Assembly: GCA_030752605.1 (NCBI GenBank)
Contig: JASMDX010000049.1
Span: 57,726 to 121,725, forward strand
DNA length: 64,000 nucleotides
From: Alphaproteobacteria bacterium
GTDB taxonomy: Bacteria; Pseudomonadota; Alphaproteobacteria; GCA-2731375
Direction: 5' to 3'
Numbering within the stretch: position 1 is the first letter of the stretch; the number at the start of each line of letters is the position of its first letter. This document shows positions 48,311 to 59,112 of the stretch, piece by piece. The notes beneath the pieces were generated by a model. The model was given only the letters and a program-made list of their open reading frames with translations, did no database searches and had not been told where the DNA came from. The position numbers and the translations under genes are program-made.

Positions 48311-49342
48311 TTAGGCTGCGCGAACGGCGCGGGCAATTTCGCTCCATTTACCAAGGTTGTCCGGGTTCTGGTGGATCGATTCCTCTGCCAGATACATCAC
48401 CACTCTGGCAGCCGTACCCTGATAACGGGCGATCAGCTTGTCCGCCATGTCATCCCAACGGGCGACAAGGCCGAAATGATCCAGTATCTCGTCACTGACG
48501 AGGCCGACAAGGGCATCGTTATCGCCGCTTTTCAGATGCACCCGAAATTTATCGCGCATGCCCTCGTAACCCAGATCATCGAACTGGAAGGAATAGTTCG
48601 GCGTGGCGCCATAGAAACCGATCTGCGTCTTGGCGCGCTGTACGCCCCAATTACGCTCCTCCGAGCTATCGCCGGCGATGGCGAAAACTGGAATAATCAG
48701 GTCGATTCCGGCAGGGTCACGGCCAACCTGGGCCGCGCCTTCCGCCAGGTTCGGCAACAGTCGGTTTTGGATGTAGGGTATGGAATGCATAGGGTGCACA
48801 TGCACGCCGTCCGCCAACTCGCCGGCGACCTTGGTCATGTAGGGTCCGACGGCGGAAATATCCAGTTTGACATCTTCATAATCGTGCCGTGCGGGCGTCC
48901 ACTGTTCAGGCAACAGGCTAAGATTGTAATACGGCCCCTCGTGCTGCAATGGCCCCTCGCGGCAAAAAGCCTTCAGGCAGGCACGGACAGCTTGCAGGTA
49001 ATCCTTCATCTGCGGCGCCGGGCGGTCGAAAACCGAGGCATAGCGCCGGGTGACATGCGCCTTGACCTGACTGCCCAGGCCAAGCCGAAAGCGGCCCTTG
49101 GTATTAGCGGCCAATTCCCAGGCGATTTGGGCCGACATCATGGGGCTGCGGGGAAACGCCACGGCAATTCCGGTGCTGAATTCAAGCTTTTTGGCAGCCA
49201 TTGCAGCGGCGGTAATGGCCATCCAGGGCACCTGGCTGGCCTCGGTCACCAGCATGCCGGAAAACCCGGCACCTTCAAGGCGCTGGGCCAGGTCGGCGGA
49301 GTTTTCCCAGTTTGAGGCCCGGGCCATGAGATCGAATTCCAT
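48311..49342 (-). CDS. LLM-class (luciferase-like) flavin-dependent oxidoreductase
   Basis: Luciferase-like TIM-barrel pattern. The start is set at the ATG at 49342 (MEFDLMARAS), preceded by an AGGAGG RBS at 7 nt spacing. Confidence 0.75.
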   Translation of the reverse strand: MEFDLMARASNWENSADLAQRLEGAGFSGMLVTEASQVPWMAITAAAMAAKKLEFSTGIAVAFPRSPMMSAQIAWELAANTKGRFRLGLGSQVKAHVTRRYASVFDRPAPQMKDYLQAVRACLKAFCREGPLQHEGPYYNLSLLPEQWTPARHDYEDVKLDISAVGPYMTKVAGELADGVHVHPMHSIPYIQNRLLPNLAEGAAQVGRDPAGIDLIIPVFAIAGDSSEERNWGVQRAKTQIGFYGATPNYSFQFDDLGYEGMRDKFRVHLKSGDNDALVGLVSDEILDHFGLVARWDDMADKLIARYQGTAARVVMYLAEESIHQNPDNLGKWSEIARAVRAA

Positions 49343-49391
49343 TACATTTCCTCCTGAACCACAAAGTCTTCTTCTACTCGTATTATCGTCC

Positions 49392-50033
49392 CTATTGTCT
49401 TCCGGACGGCATACCTTCGACAAGGGGCACAAAACGGACTGGCAACAGGACCTCTTCATGAAAGCCATTGCTGTCTCTGGTCAGACGGATCAGGGTCTGG
49501 TCCCCCGGCACCCCCACGGGTACCACCATGATACCGCCCTCACCCAATTGATCGGCCAGAATGCCGGGCATGCTGGGCGCGGCGGCGGTAACGATGATAC
49601 GGGGAAAAGTCGCCAATTCCGGCCAGCCCTTAGCACCATCGCTCAAACGGGTGGAGATATTGTGCAGCTTCAGTGCCTTGAAACAGGTTTCGGCCTGGGC
49701 CAGCAATGAACGATAGCGCTCAATGGTGCAGACACGCCGGCAGAGCTTGGCCAGAACGGCAGCCTGATAGCCCGACCCGGTACCGATTTCCAAGACCCGG
49801 TCACGTTCACCCAATTGCAGGGCCTGGGTCATGAATGCGACGATAAAGGGTTGGCTGATGGTCTGGCCCTGGTTGATGGGAAGAGGCAGGTTCTCGTAGG
49901 CTTCGGAACGCAACGCCTCGGGTACGAACAATTCCCTGGGCACGCGCTCAATGGCGCTCAAAACCCGTTTGTCGGTAATGCCCTGCTTACGCAGCTCCAT
50001 GATGAGGCGGATCTTGTGCGCCTCGTAACTCAT
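49392..50033 (-). CDS. pcm: Protein-L-isoaspartate O-methyltransferase
   Basis: SAM-methyltransferase motifs (VLEIGTGSGYQAAVLA) and the conserved surE-pcm-nlpD order. Confidence 0.9.
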   Translation of the reverse strand: MSYEAHKIRLIMELRKQGITDKRVLSAIERVPRELFVPEALRSEAYENLPLPINQGQTISQPFIVAFMTQALQLGERDRVLEIGTGSGYQAAVLAKLCRRVCTIERYRSLLAQAETCFKALKLHNISTRLSDGAKGWPELATFPRIIVTAAAPSMPGILADQLGEGGIMVVPVGVPGDQTLIRLTRDSNGFHEEVLLPVRFVPLVEGMPSGRQ

Positions 50034-50830
50034 CCGAAAAAGGATGCCTTAAGCTGTTTTAGCGACTTGTTTTCCGTCAGATCCATATGCAAGGGCGTGA
50101 TGGCGATGCGTCCAAACTCGGTCACCGCCAGGTCGGTGCCCGCCTTCGGCGTGCCATGAATAGGGCGGTAGCCGAGCCAGTAGTACGGCCGTTCCCTGGC
50201 ATCAATGCGCTCCTCTATGTTCAGCGCCGTGATGTCACGCCGGCCCTGGCGGCAGATCTCCACGCCCTTTACGTCGCCGGGTAGCACATCGGGAAAATTA
50301 ACGTTCATCAAGACCTCCCTGGACCAACCCAGCGCCACCAGACGGCGGATAATATCTCCGGCATGTTTTTCTGCCGTAGGCCAGTGCATGACCTTGCGGT
50401 TGGCAAAGGATTGGCTCAGTGCGATCGAAGGCACACCCACAAGGGTGCCTTCCATGGCGGCGGCAATAGTGCCGGAATAGGTAACATCCTCGCCCATGTT
50501 GGCGCCCCGGTTTACGCCCGAGAGCAGCAAATCCGGGCGCTTGTCCGCCATGACCTGGCTCATGGCCATCATGACGCAATCTGTCGGCGTGCCCTGCACT
50601 GCGTACTTGCGCGAGGATATTTTACGCAGACGCAGCGGATCGGTCAGGGTCAAGGAATGTCCTGCACCACTATGTTCGGTCTCGGGCGCGACCACCCAGA
50701 CATCGTCGGAAAGGGCATTGGCGATGCGTTGTAGCACTTTCATGCCAGGTGCATTGATGCCATCGTCGTTGGTCAACAGGATGCGCGTACGCAGTAAATT
50801 AGCGAGCTTGGGGGCCGGTTTTTTGGCCAT
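50030..50830 (-). CDS. surE: 5'/3'-nucleotidase SurE
   Basis: RILLTNDDGINAPG N-terminal motif. Confidence 0.9.
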   Translation of the reverse strand: MAKKPAPKLANLLRTRILLTNDDGINAPGMKVLQRIANALSDDVWVVAPETEHSGAGHSLTLTDPLRLRKISSRKYAVQGTPTDCVMMAMSQVMADKRPDLLLSGVNRGANMGEDVTYSGTIAAAMEGTLVGVPSIALSQSFANRKVMHWPTAEKHAGDIIRRLVALGWSREVLMNVNFPDVLPGDVKGVEICRQGRRDITALNIEERIDARERPYYWLGYRPIHGTPKAGTDLAVTEFGRIAITPLHMDLTENKSLKQLKASFFG

Positions 50831-50832
50831 AC

Positions 50833-52101
50833 TCAGACAATCCTTGTCATTCCACCCATGTAGGGTTGCAGAGCCTCGGGTATGGCAAAGCCGCCGTCGG
50901 CCAGTTGATAATTCTCCATCACTGCGATCAGAGTCCGTCCCACCGCGAGGCCGGAACCGTTCAAGGTATGGACGAAGTTAGTGCCCTTACCCTGTTTTGG
51001 CTTGTAACGTGCGCTCATGCGCCGGGCCTGAAAATCGCCGCAGTTGGAGCAGGAGGAGATTTCCCGGTAGCAATCCTGCCCAGGCATCCAGCCTTCCAGG
51101 TCATAGGTCCGCTGCGCCGAAAAACCCATGTCGCCACTGCTGAGCAGCATCGCCCGATACGGTATGCCAAGACGCTGCAGGATGGCTTCGGCACAGCCGG
51201 TCATGCGGTCTAGTTCGTTCTTGGAATCGTCGGGATGGGCGATCGAAACCATCTCGACCTTATAAAATTGATGCTGGCGCAACATGCCCCGCGTATCGCG
51301 GCCCGAAGCACCTGCCTCGGACCGGAAACAGGGCGTATGGGCAATATAGCGTAAGGGCAATTCATCCTCGCCCAGGACACCGTCGCGGACCAGATTAGTC
51401 AGCACCATTTCGGCCGTGGGGATCAGATAAAAGCCATCCGTGGTCTTAAACAGATCTTCCTCGAATTTCGGCAGATTGCCCGTGCCAAAGGCGGTGTGCT
51501 CACGTACCAGCAAGGGCACGGAGGTCTCGGTATAACCGAACTCGGTACTGTGTATATCCAGCATGAAGGCCGATAGAGCGCGTTCCAACCGCGCCAACGC
51601 ACCGCGCAGCACGACGAAGCGGGAGCCGGATAATTTCGAGGCGGCCTCAAAATCCATCAGGCCCAGGGCCTCGCCAATCTCGAAATGCTCCCTTGGTTCG
51701 AAGTCGAAAACCGGTGCTGTTCCGTGGCGGCGTACTTCGATATTGGCCTCTTCATCCGGGCCCATGGGTACGTCTGCTTCAGGCTGATTGGGCAGACCGG
51801 ACAAGGTTTCGCGCAGGCTTTGGGAAAGCTCGCGCTCCGTCTCTTCACCGCTTAGCAGGGCGCCTTTCAGATCACCGACCTCGGCGATCAGTTGATCGGC
51901 ATCCTCGCCTTTCGATTTTGCCGCGCCGATCTGTTTCGACAGCGCGTTGCGGCGATTCTGCATCTCCTGCAGGATGGTGCGGTTGGCCCGGGCTTTTTCA
52001 TCTCGGGATAGAATATCGGCGGCCTGCGGGGCCACGCCACGGGCGGCCATGCCAGCATCAAAGGCTTCGGGATTTTCGCGAATCCAACGCAGATCATACA
52101 T
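50833..52101 (-). CDS. serS: Serine--tRNA ligase
   Basis: Class II aaRS. N-terminal coiled-coil [14 protein letters not shown] and a catalytic core with motif 2/3 patterns. 422 aa. Confidence 0.95.
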   Translation of the reverse strand: MYDLRWIRENPEAFDAGMAARGVAPQAADILSRDEKARANRTILQEMQNRRNALSKQIGAAKSKGEDADQLIAEVGDLKGALLSGEETERELSQSLRETLSGLPNQPEADVPMGPDEEANIEVRRHGTAPVFDFEPREHFEIGEALGLMDFEAASKLSGSRFVVLRGALARLERALSAFMLDIHSTEFGYTETSVPLLVREHTAFGTGNLPKFEEDLFKTTDGFYLIPTAEMVLTNLVRDGVLGEDELPLRYIAHTPCFRSEAGASGRDTRGMLRQHQFYKVEMVSIAHPDDSKNELDRMTGCAEAILQRLGIPYRAMLLSSGDMGFSAQRTYDLEGWMPGQDCYREISSCSNCGDFQARRMSARYKPKQGKGTNFVHTLNGSGLAVGRTLIAVMENYQLADGGFAIPEALQPYMGGMTRIV

Positions 52102-52349
52102 GGCGGCGTGTCTCTAATTCAGTGTGCTTCAAGCGGAATTCGGCAATTGGGAATAGGCTTTGCCGGCTCAACCCAGGAACCGGCGGATAGCCCAATCCCG
52201 GCTGTAAGGAGCGCGCCCTGTATACGCTCAAGCCTCAGGCCCGTCCAGAGCGGGCGGCGCTGAAATTAGCCGCAAGCCTTATTGTTTGAAGCCCCTGGCG
52301 CCGCGAAACTCGGCGTTTGTCAATACGGCATCGCGAAAATCGGCGCCCG

Positions 52350-52733
52350 TTAAATCGCGTCCAGAAAAATAGCGTCCGCCAAATAGGGGTGCCGCAAATC
52401 GACCTTTTGCAATGCGGCGCCTCCCAAATTGGCAAAGCGTATATCAGCCGATTTAAGGTTGGCACCACGCAGGTTCGCCCGCGCCATTGTCGCTTCGTCG
52501 ATGCAGCTTATGCCATCACCCATCCGCTGATAGCCGCCATTTTCGCTCTGTACGAATAGGCGTCCGTCACGGACATCTGCCTCGGCCATGTTAGCGCCTT
52601 TCAGATTGGCGCGGCGCAGGGTTATACCGCGTAGATCAGCGCCATCAAGGTTGGCGGCGAAAAGCGAGACACCGATCATGGATGACTGCACAAAGACGTA
52701 GCGGTGCAGGTCGGTTCCGACCAACTCGGCCAT
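52350..52733 (-). CDS. Pentapeptide-repeat protein (possibly frameshifted near C-terminus)
   Basis: Tandem A(D/N)LxxA pentapeptide repeats (ANLDGADLRGITLRRANLKGANMAEADV...). Another frame continues downstream with more repeats (RDLTGADFRDAVLTNAEFRGARGF) after a TTTTT run. Confidence 0.6.
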   Translation of the reverse strand: MAELVGTDLHRYVFVQSSMIGVSLFAANLDGADLRGITLRRANLKGANMAEADVRDGRLFVQSENGGYQRMGDGISCIDEATMARANLRGANLKSADIRFANLGGAALQKVDLRHPYLADAIFLDAI

Positions 52734-53006
52734 GAGATATTGCGTTTTGCAAAAATCCGATCAGCAGCATCGTGCATCTCTGAGACTAGGCGCTGCCCCC
52801 TATGGACACCTGCCAAAAGTGCTTGTGTGCCACTATTTTTTCTGCAACGCATTCTGATTGATACGCGGCAATCCCCGATCTCTATCCGCTTCTAGCCTTT
52901 ACAATCATGATCACGGATGAGCGTTAATATTTTCATGCCTACTTAGGTATCAGGTAGCACCCAGGGCATGGCACGGCTCATCGGTATAGATTTCAGCACT
53001 GCGATG

Positions 53007-54311
53007 CTAGCCCAGGACGGTGAAACTGCTGTTCGGATTAATCTCCCGATTGCGGGAGAAAAAGCCGATATTTGCCTGACGCTTGGTATAGAGGTAGTCA
53101 AAGCGGACCGGGTCGGCATCATGATCATGGCCATCCTGACAGCGGCTGATCAGTTCCGCCATCATGGCCCCCGCGACGGGGGCGTTCTTGAACTGATTTC
53201 CCGAGCTACCGATCGCCATGTAAAAACCCGGCAGGTCCGAACAATCGTAAATCGGGATCCAATCGTCCGTCACGTCATAGAGAGAGACAACACCGGCGGC
53301 CTGGTTGGGAATTTTCAAACCAGGGACGCGCTGGCCGGCGCGCAATGCTTGGGTCTGCCACTGCGCCGTAAATTCCGTGTTGTAATTGTCGGGATCGGCC
53401 CACTCCCTGGCATCGCATTCCGGGTCCTCGCTGCCAAACAGAATATAATTGCCGACCTCGGGCCGGCTATAGCAGGCGATATCGCTATCCGAGGCGACGG
53501 GGCCGTGGGTCATGTAATCGAAACCATCCGGTGACGGCAAATGTACCACTTCCTGACGCAGGGCCCGGGTCTTGATTTTCATCGCATCGGCCACGCCGGC
53601 CATTTCATTGACCTTAGCGGAATGAGGACCGCCGACGTTGACCACGACGGGCGCCTCGATTTCATCACCATTGGCCAAGATAACGCCGCGAACCGCACCG
53701 TCCGCCTGGTGAATCTTGATCACATCCGTATTGAACTGAAACCGCGCGCCGGCGGCTTCCGCCGCGATTTGGATATTGTGGGTCGCCAATTGCGGGTCGG
53801 AAATATAGCCCGCCTGGGGCATGAACGCCGCACCCGCAATGGCTAGTCCCGTGGCCTCTCCGAAGCCTGGATCATCGGGCAGCTTGGCCGGCGCGAAACA
53901 GCGCAGATCATAGATCGGTAGCCGTTTTTTCAGGGTTTCGTTGTCCCAATCCTCCCACAGGATGCCCAGGGTATCAAGGTTTTCGCATATCGACTTCAGA
54001 TAGCCGTTGCTTAGCGTTTTCATCACCGCGCAACCAACTTCTTCAAAGCGGGCCAGGCCACGTTCGTCCGCCACCCCAAGGTGCTCAACCCAGTGGCGCC
54101 AGTACTGATAACCCTCGAACGCCAGGGCGGTACCGTCCAGGGTCGAATAATGACTGCGAATAATGGCGCACGAGGCCGAAGTGGAGCCATAGCCAGCGGC
54201 CGGAAGACGGTCAACATTCAAAGTACGCCAACCCCGCCTGGCCAGCTCCAAGCCGACTGAGGCACCGATGATCCCGGCGCCGATAATTATCGCATCAAAT
54301 TGTTCCGCCAT
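53007..54311 (-). CDS. FAD-dependent oxidoreductase (DAO family; sarcosine oxidase beta / D-amino-acid dehydrogenase-like)
   Basis: DAIIIGAGIIGASVGLELARRG dinucleotide-binding motif. 434 aa. Confidence 0.8.
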   Translation of the reverse strand: MAEQFDAIIIGAGIIGASVGLELARRGWRTLNVDRLPAAGYGSTSASCAIIRSHYSTLDGTALAFEGYQYWRHWVEHLGVADERGLARFEEVGCAVMKTLSNGYLKSICENLDTLGILWEDWDNETLKKRLPIYDLRCFAPAKLPDDPGFGEATGLAIAGAAFMPQAGYISDPQLATHNIQIAAEAAGARFQFNTDVIKIHQADGAVRGVILANGDEIEAPVVVNVGGPHSAKVNEMAGVADAMKIKTRALRQEVVHLPSPDGFDYMTHGPVASDSDIACYSRPEVGNYILFGSEDPECDAREWADPDNYNTEFTAQWQTQALRAGQRVPGLKIPNQAAGVVSLYDVTDDWIPIYDCSDLPGFYMAIGSSGNQFKNAPVAGAMMAELISRCQDGHDHDADPVRFDYLYTKRQANIGFFSRNREINPNSSFTVLG

Positions 54312-54415
54312 CGCCCTGCGTCCTCCAAAAATACTGCTGTTCTAGGCATTCTTAAGGCGTCCTTAACCATAATCAAATACCTAGATTGGATAGCCAGCCA
54401 AGGACAGTGAAGATC

Positions 54416-55109
54416 ATGGATCAGCTCAAAATCTCGGTACGCACATTCGCCACGACCGAACCATGGCGGGCGAGGTGCCCGACGGCTGTTTACCCAATTT
54501 TCTGGGCGTGATGACGCAACATGCCTTTGTTACCGACCATGCACCGTCCAACAGTCTATTGGCGGTCGATGTCTAGGCCAAACCGACACCCCCTCCCAAT
54601 TTTAACGATGGTGAAATATTCTTCGAGCAGGCCGCCATTCATAACGCGATCACGGCAGCGTCGGGGCAATTCGTCGCCAATCTGCAGGGCGACATTACAA
54701 CGGAGCAGGTTCTGCTTGACCTACTTATCCATGGCCGTTGCGGCGTGCAGCAGCCTTATACGGTGGAAGGCGGCACACGGGAATTCGATTTTGGTTTCGT
54801 CTCTTCGACGCCCCTACGGGAATTTTTCAACCCTTGACCATGTGGATCTGATGGATGTGGATATCCAAGGTGGGGAGCGCGAGGTCCTGCCCGTAGCAAT
54901 GGATGTGATCAGCCAAAAGGTAAAACGCATTCTTCTCGCCACCCATAGCGCCGATTTGCACCAGGCGATGTGAGATCTATTTTTCGAGCGCGGCTGGATG
55001 TGCGAGGCGGATTACGCCCCGAATTCGCTGCATCAATTACACCGGGGTAGCTTTGAAAACAACGACGACATCCTGGACCTGTTCAATCTTGATCTAGCCG
55101 CCACATAAA
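54416..55109 (+). pseudogene. Degraded FkbM-family methyltransferase-like gene
   Basis: No intact ORF. Three frames give successive fragments: MAGEVPDGCLPNFLGVMTQHAFVTDHAPSNSLLAVDV(TAG); ...TTEQVLLDLLIHGRCGVQQPYTVEGGTREFDFGF...(TGA); FSTLDHVDLMDVDIQGGEREVLPVAMDVISQKVKRILLATHS...(TGA); DLFFERGWMCEADY. The 'DLMDVDIQGGEREVL...ILLATHS' segment resembles the FkbM C-terminal region. Local GC is lower. Confidence 0.4.
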
Positions 55110-57158
55110 CCAGGCGTGACTGTCATCCAACCGGGCCCGCCAACCGGGCGGCACCAGGATTGTCGTGGTGTCCTCCTCGATCACCGCCGGGCCCTCAATC
55201 TCACCACCAAAGGCAACCTTGGCACCATCATATACGGCAACCATGAGGCTCTGATCAGGCGCGAAACTAGCCTGGCGGCTATGGCTGATGGCCTGTTCCG
55301 GCGTCTGATCGCCCACGCCCGGCATGGCGATACGAGATAGCAGCGCACCGCGCTGGCCATAAGCGATAACGCCAAGGCCCATCAGCTCCCGTTCGCAATC
55401 AGGATCAGCAAATGTGAAGGCGCGTTCGTGCTCTTGATCAAACAGGGTTTCGATCGGCCCCATGCCGTTGGCAAAAATCTCTGCCTCGGCTAAGGTCAGG
55501 GTCAGAACCCCTAACTCGCCCAGATAACGCACATCCATGGTGCGTTGCAGACGGATATGCTCGGGATCAAAGCCCTCCGCCGCCAGATCGGCGCGGGCCG
55601 ATGCCATCATTTCACCGAATTGGCGGTTAATATCGCCGGCATTGCAATCGCTGAAACGGGCAGCATGGTTACGGCTGTAATCATGGCGGACATCAGCGAT
55701 AACGGCACCAAAAGAACAGAGCAGGGAGGCGACGCGCGGCACGATAATCCGCGTTACGCCAAGGCTCTCGGCGATGCGGGCTGCGTGCGCACCACTGCAA
55801 CCACCACCGCATATGAAAGCGAAATCGCGCAGATCATGGCCCTGTTCAGTCGAAATCTGGCGCACCGCGTTGGCCATGTTCTCGTTCACCAGGGTGTAGA
55901 TCGCGTAGGCGGCTTCCAAGCCATCGACGCCCAGAGGCTTGGCAATTGTGCCGCGGATGCTATCGCGGGCCAGATCGCCGTCGATGGCCATGGCCCCGCC
56001 CAAAAGCTGGCGGTCCGAGAAATAGCCCAAGGCGACGTTGGCATCGGTCACCGTCGCCGCCTCTCCGCCACGGCCATAACAGGCGGGACCGGGCCAGGCC
56101 TCCGCGCTTTGCGGGCCCACCTGCAGCAGGCCGCTGTCATCGATCCAGGCGATGGAGCCGCCGCCCGCGCCTAGGGTGCGCACATTGACCATGGGCACGG
56201 CAACACGATAACGGTGTACATCCACGTTCTTGGCGGTGTCAATATGGCCCTGATGGACCAGGCTAACATCCAACGAGGTACCGCCCATATCCAGCGTGAT
56301 GACATTGTCGATATCGAACAGCCGGCCAAAAAAACGGCCCGCTGCGGGACCAGCAGCCGGCCCGGAATCCAGGGCCAGAACGGGCCGTTCACGCAAACCA
56401 GCGGCTGATGTAGTGCCGCCGTTGCATTGGATATAGCGGATCGCCTTGTGAAATCCGGCACCCTCCAGATTGCTTTCCAGACGGCCGATATAGTCATGCA
56501 ACCGGCTGCCCAGCGCGGCGCACAAGGCGGTGGTCGAGAAACGCGGGTATTCCCGCAATTGCGGCGATACGATGGAGGATAGATAGACCGGCGCACCAGG
56601 CATTTCCTCGGCCAACAGATCGCGGATGCGCTCCTCGTGAGCCGGGTTGACAATGGACCATAGCAGGCAGACGGCCACCGCTTCGACACCATTGTCGCGG
56701 AATACCGCTGCCGCCGCCCGCACCTGAGCCTCGTCCAAAGGCTGCAACACTAAGCCGTCCTTGTTGATACGTTCATCGATGGGCAGGCGCAGATGGCGCG
56801 GCACCAGGGGCGTGGGCGGCGGCTGGATATAGTCATAGCGCCGCTCCTTCAGACCCTCGCGCAGCTCCAGAATATCACGAAAGCCGGCAGTGCACAGCAT
56901 GCCCGTCCGCGCCAGTTTGCCTTGGATCAGGGCGTTGGTGGCAATCGTGGTGCCGTGCACGATCAAATCGAACTGCCGCAACAAAGCCGGAATATCAATT
57001 CCGGACTGCGCCGCCAGCTCGCCCAGCCCCTCGTCAATTACCGAGTCGAGGTCTTCCGGGTTGGAAGACACCTTAGCGACTTGCAGATCGCCATTGTCAG
57101 ACAGCAGAACAAAATCAGTGAAGGTTCCACCGATATCAATACCCAGGCGGTGACTCAT
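55083..57158 (-). CDS. Hydantoinase/oxoprolinase family protein, A subunit (HyuA-like)
   Basis: LGIDIGGTFTDFVL N-terminal ASKHA motif. 691 aa. Confidence 0.9.
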   Translation of the reverse strand: MSHRLGIDIGGTFTDFVLLSDNGDLQVAKVSSNPEDLDSVIDEGLGELAAQSGIDIPALLRQFDLIVHGTTIATNALIQGKLARTGMLCTAGFRDILELREGLKERRYDYIQPPPTPLVPRHLRLPIDERINKDGLVLQPLDEAQVRAAAAVFRDNGVEAVAVCLLWSIVNPAHEERIRDLLAEEMPGAPVYLSSIVSPQLREYPRFSTTALCAALGSRLHDYIGRLESNLEGAGFHKAIRYIQCNGGTTSAAGLRERPVLALDSGPAAGPAAGRFFGRLFDIDNVITLDMGGTSLDVSLVHQGHIDTAKNVDVHRYRVAVPMVNVRTLGAGGGSIAWIDDSGLLQVGPQSAEAWPGPACYGRGGEAATVTDANVALGYFSDRQLLGGAMAIDGDLARDSIRGTIAKPLGVDGLEAAYAIYTLVNENMANAVRQISTEQGHDLRDFAFICGGGCSGAHAARIAESLGVTRIIVPRVASLLCSFGAVIADVRHDYSRNHAARFSDCNAGDINRQFGEMMASARADLAAEGFDPEHIRLQRTMDVRYLGELGVLTLTLAEAEIFANGMGPIETLFDQEHERAFTFADPDCERELMGLGVIAYGQRGALLSRIAMPGVGDQTPEQAISHSRQASFAPDQSLMVAVYDGAKVAFGGEIEGPAVIEEDTTTILVPPGWRARLDDSHAWFMWRLDQD

Positions 57159-58919
57159 CTTGTACGCAACTTTGCTGTTTTGGTTTTGTTTATGGCGTTG
57201 TTGTCGGGATCAATGACCACGCCATAATCCAGGGCCGCGCCTTCTATGGAGACAAAGCCATTAATGACATCGCGGCGCACCGCCTCCTCGTCCCTATCAA
57301 AGGCGTTACCCACGCCGCCGCCGCCCGGCGGACACATTTCCAGGCGGCCGCCACGGGTGGAATGCAAGCGCGAGGCGCTGCCCGATTTACGTATGTTGCC
57401 ATCGGGATCAATGGCATTGCGCTGCCCCAATTTAGGTTCCAGCATGGTCGATTTCGCGCCCTGGACGCTGAGGGCGGGAAAAGTATCGATGGTACCGTGG
57501 AAGCGCGCGGTCTGCTCATGATCGATGGGTTCCCATTCCGTATCCACTGCCAGGCCGCCGCGCCATCGCCCCGCACCGCCCGAATCCGTGCGGTATTCCA
57601 GGCGGCTGATCAGAAACGGCATCTCGTACTCCAGCAATTCCACTGGCTCCTTCAACACCGCGCCGCCAGAATTCTCGGAACCAACCCCGGACCAGCCATC
57701 AGCGCCATGGGCTGCCCCACCGCCGCCCGAAGAGCCGCCGTTCGGATGAAAATGGCCATAAAAAGCGCCGGTATCAGGGTGAATGCCAGCCAAGACGATG
57801 GAAGCAGCGGGGCCCCAGCCGGCGGTCTGGCGTTCATCGGGTATGATTTTCGAAAGGGCATCGCGCACGGAATCAACGATTTCACAGAACGGCTGCGTGG
57901 TGCAGCCCAAGGTAGGCGCCGGCGGCACCTGGGCATTGGTGATGGTGCCAAAGGGGCCATAGTCAATATCCAGGGCACGGTAGAGGCCATCATTGAACGG
58001 CGGTTGGAGCCCAAGGGCAATGGTCACGGCGTGGCCAACGGCGGCGTGGGTGGCGCCAAAAGGTGAATTGCGCACCTCGCGCAACTGCTCGGGCGACGAC
58101 AGGGTGATGGCCATCCTGTCGCCAGTCACGGTGACTTCGGCCGCTATTTTCTTGTGATCATCGCCCTTCCTTGCGGACAGCCAGCTTTCACCCTGCTGGC
58201 TGCCGTCGGGCAGATCGGTAATGGCCTTGCGGACCCGGCGTTCGGTCATGTCGTATAATGCCTCAATCCCAGCCCTGGTCACGTTAATGCCGTATTTTTC
58301 GCTCATGGCGGCAAGGCGTCGGCCCGCGATTTCAGCCGCCGCGATCATCGCCAGCATGTCGCTATGCTGTTGCTCGGGAAAGCGGATGTTGTTGAAATAA
58401 AGCCGCATGACATCATCGCAAGGTTCGCCAGCAGCAATGATCTTCAAGGGTGGAATACGGATGCCTTCGCCATAGCTGTCCGATTGCGCCCGGCGCAGAT
58501 CGACTGGTGACGGCCCGCCTAGATCCAGCCAATGGGCCCGGATCACAGCCCAAAACAGCAGCTCGTTATCCACGAAGACAGGCCGCAGCAAAGCCACATC
58601 GTTCAAATGCAGACCACCGAAAGCTGGATCGTTGCAGAGAAAGGTGTCGCCCGGCGTGATATCGCCCTCATAAGCTTTCGCCACGGCACGGCAAACAAAA
58701 GGTATGGAGCCCACATGCACGGGTAATTCCGCATCGCCCTGGATCATCTGCCGGGCCTGCCAGTCACATAACGTGCAGGAAAAATCCTTGGCCAGTTTAA
58801 ACACCGGCGAACGCGCCGTGCGCACTACGACCTGGCTCATTTCGTTGGTGATGGAGGTCAGCGCGCCCTGCATGGTGGCCAGGGTGGTAATATCCACATC
58901 GGTCTTATCTGCGGCTCGC
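57155..58919 (-). CDS. Hydantoinase B/oxoprolinase family protein (HyuB-like)
   Basis: HyuB-like sequence. The start is set at the ATG at 58919 (MRAADKTDVDITTL) with a GGGAGA RBS. 4-nt overlap with the hyuA-like gene. Confidence 0.85.
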
Positions 58920-59112
58920 ATAGTTTCTCCCAGAAATGCCATACAGAATAACAAAGCGTGGATAATACAGCACATTGTCATTGCCGGGGAGTTTTCCATT
59001 CAGCGTCGCCTATGTCGCTGCTGGCCGGGGCCGAGAAATCCGTGATAGCCTTGGCACAATAATTTTCAATTTGTATGCCGCCCGCGGGACGGATAAGGAA
59101 AGGTTTACCGCC

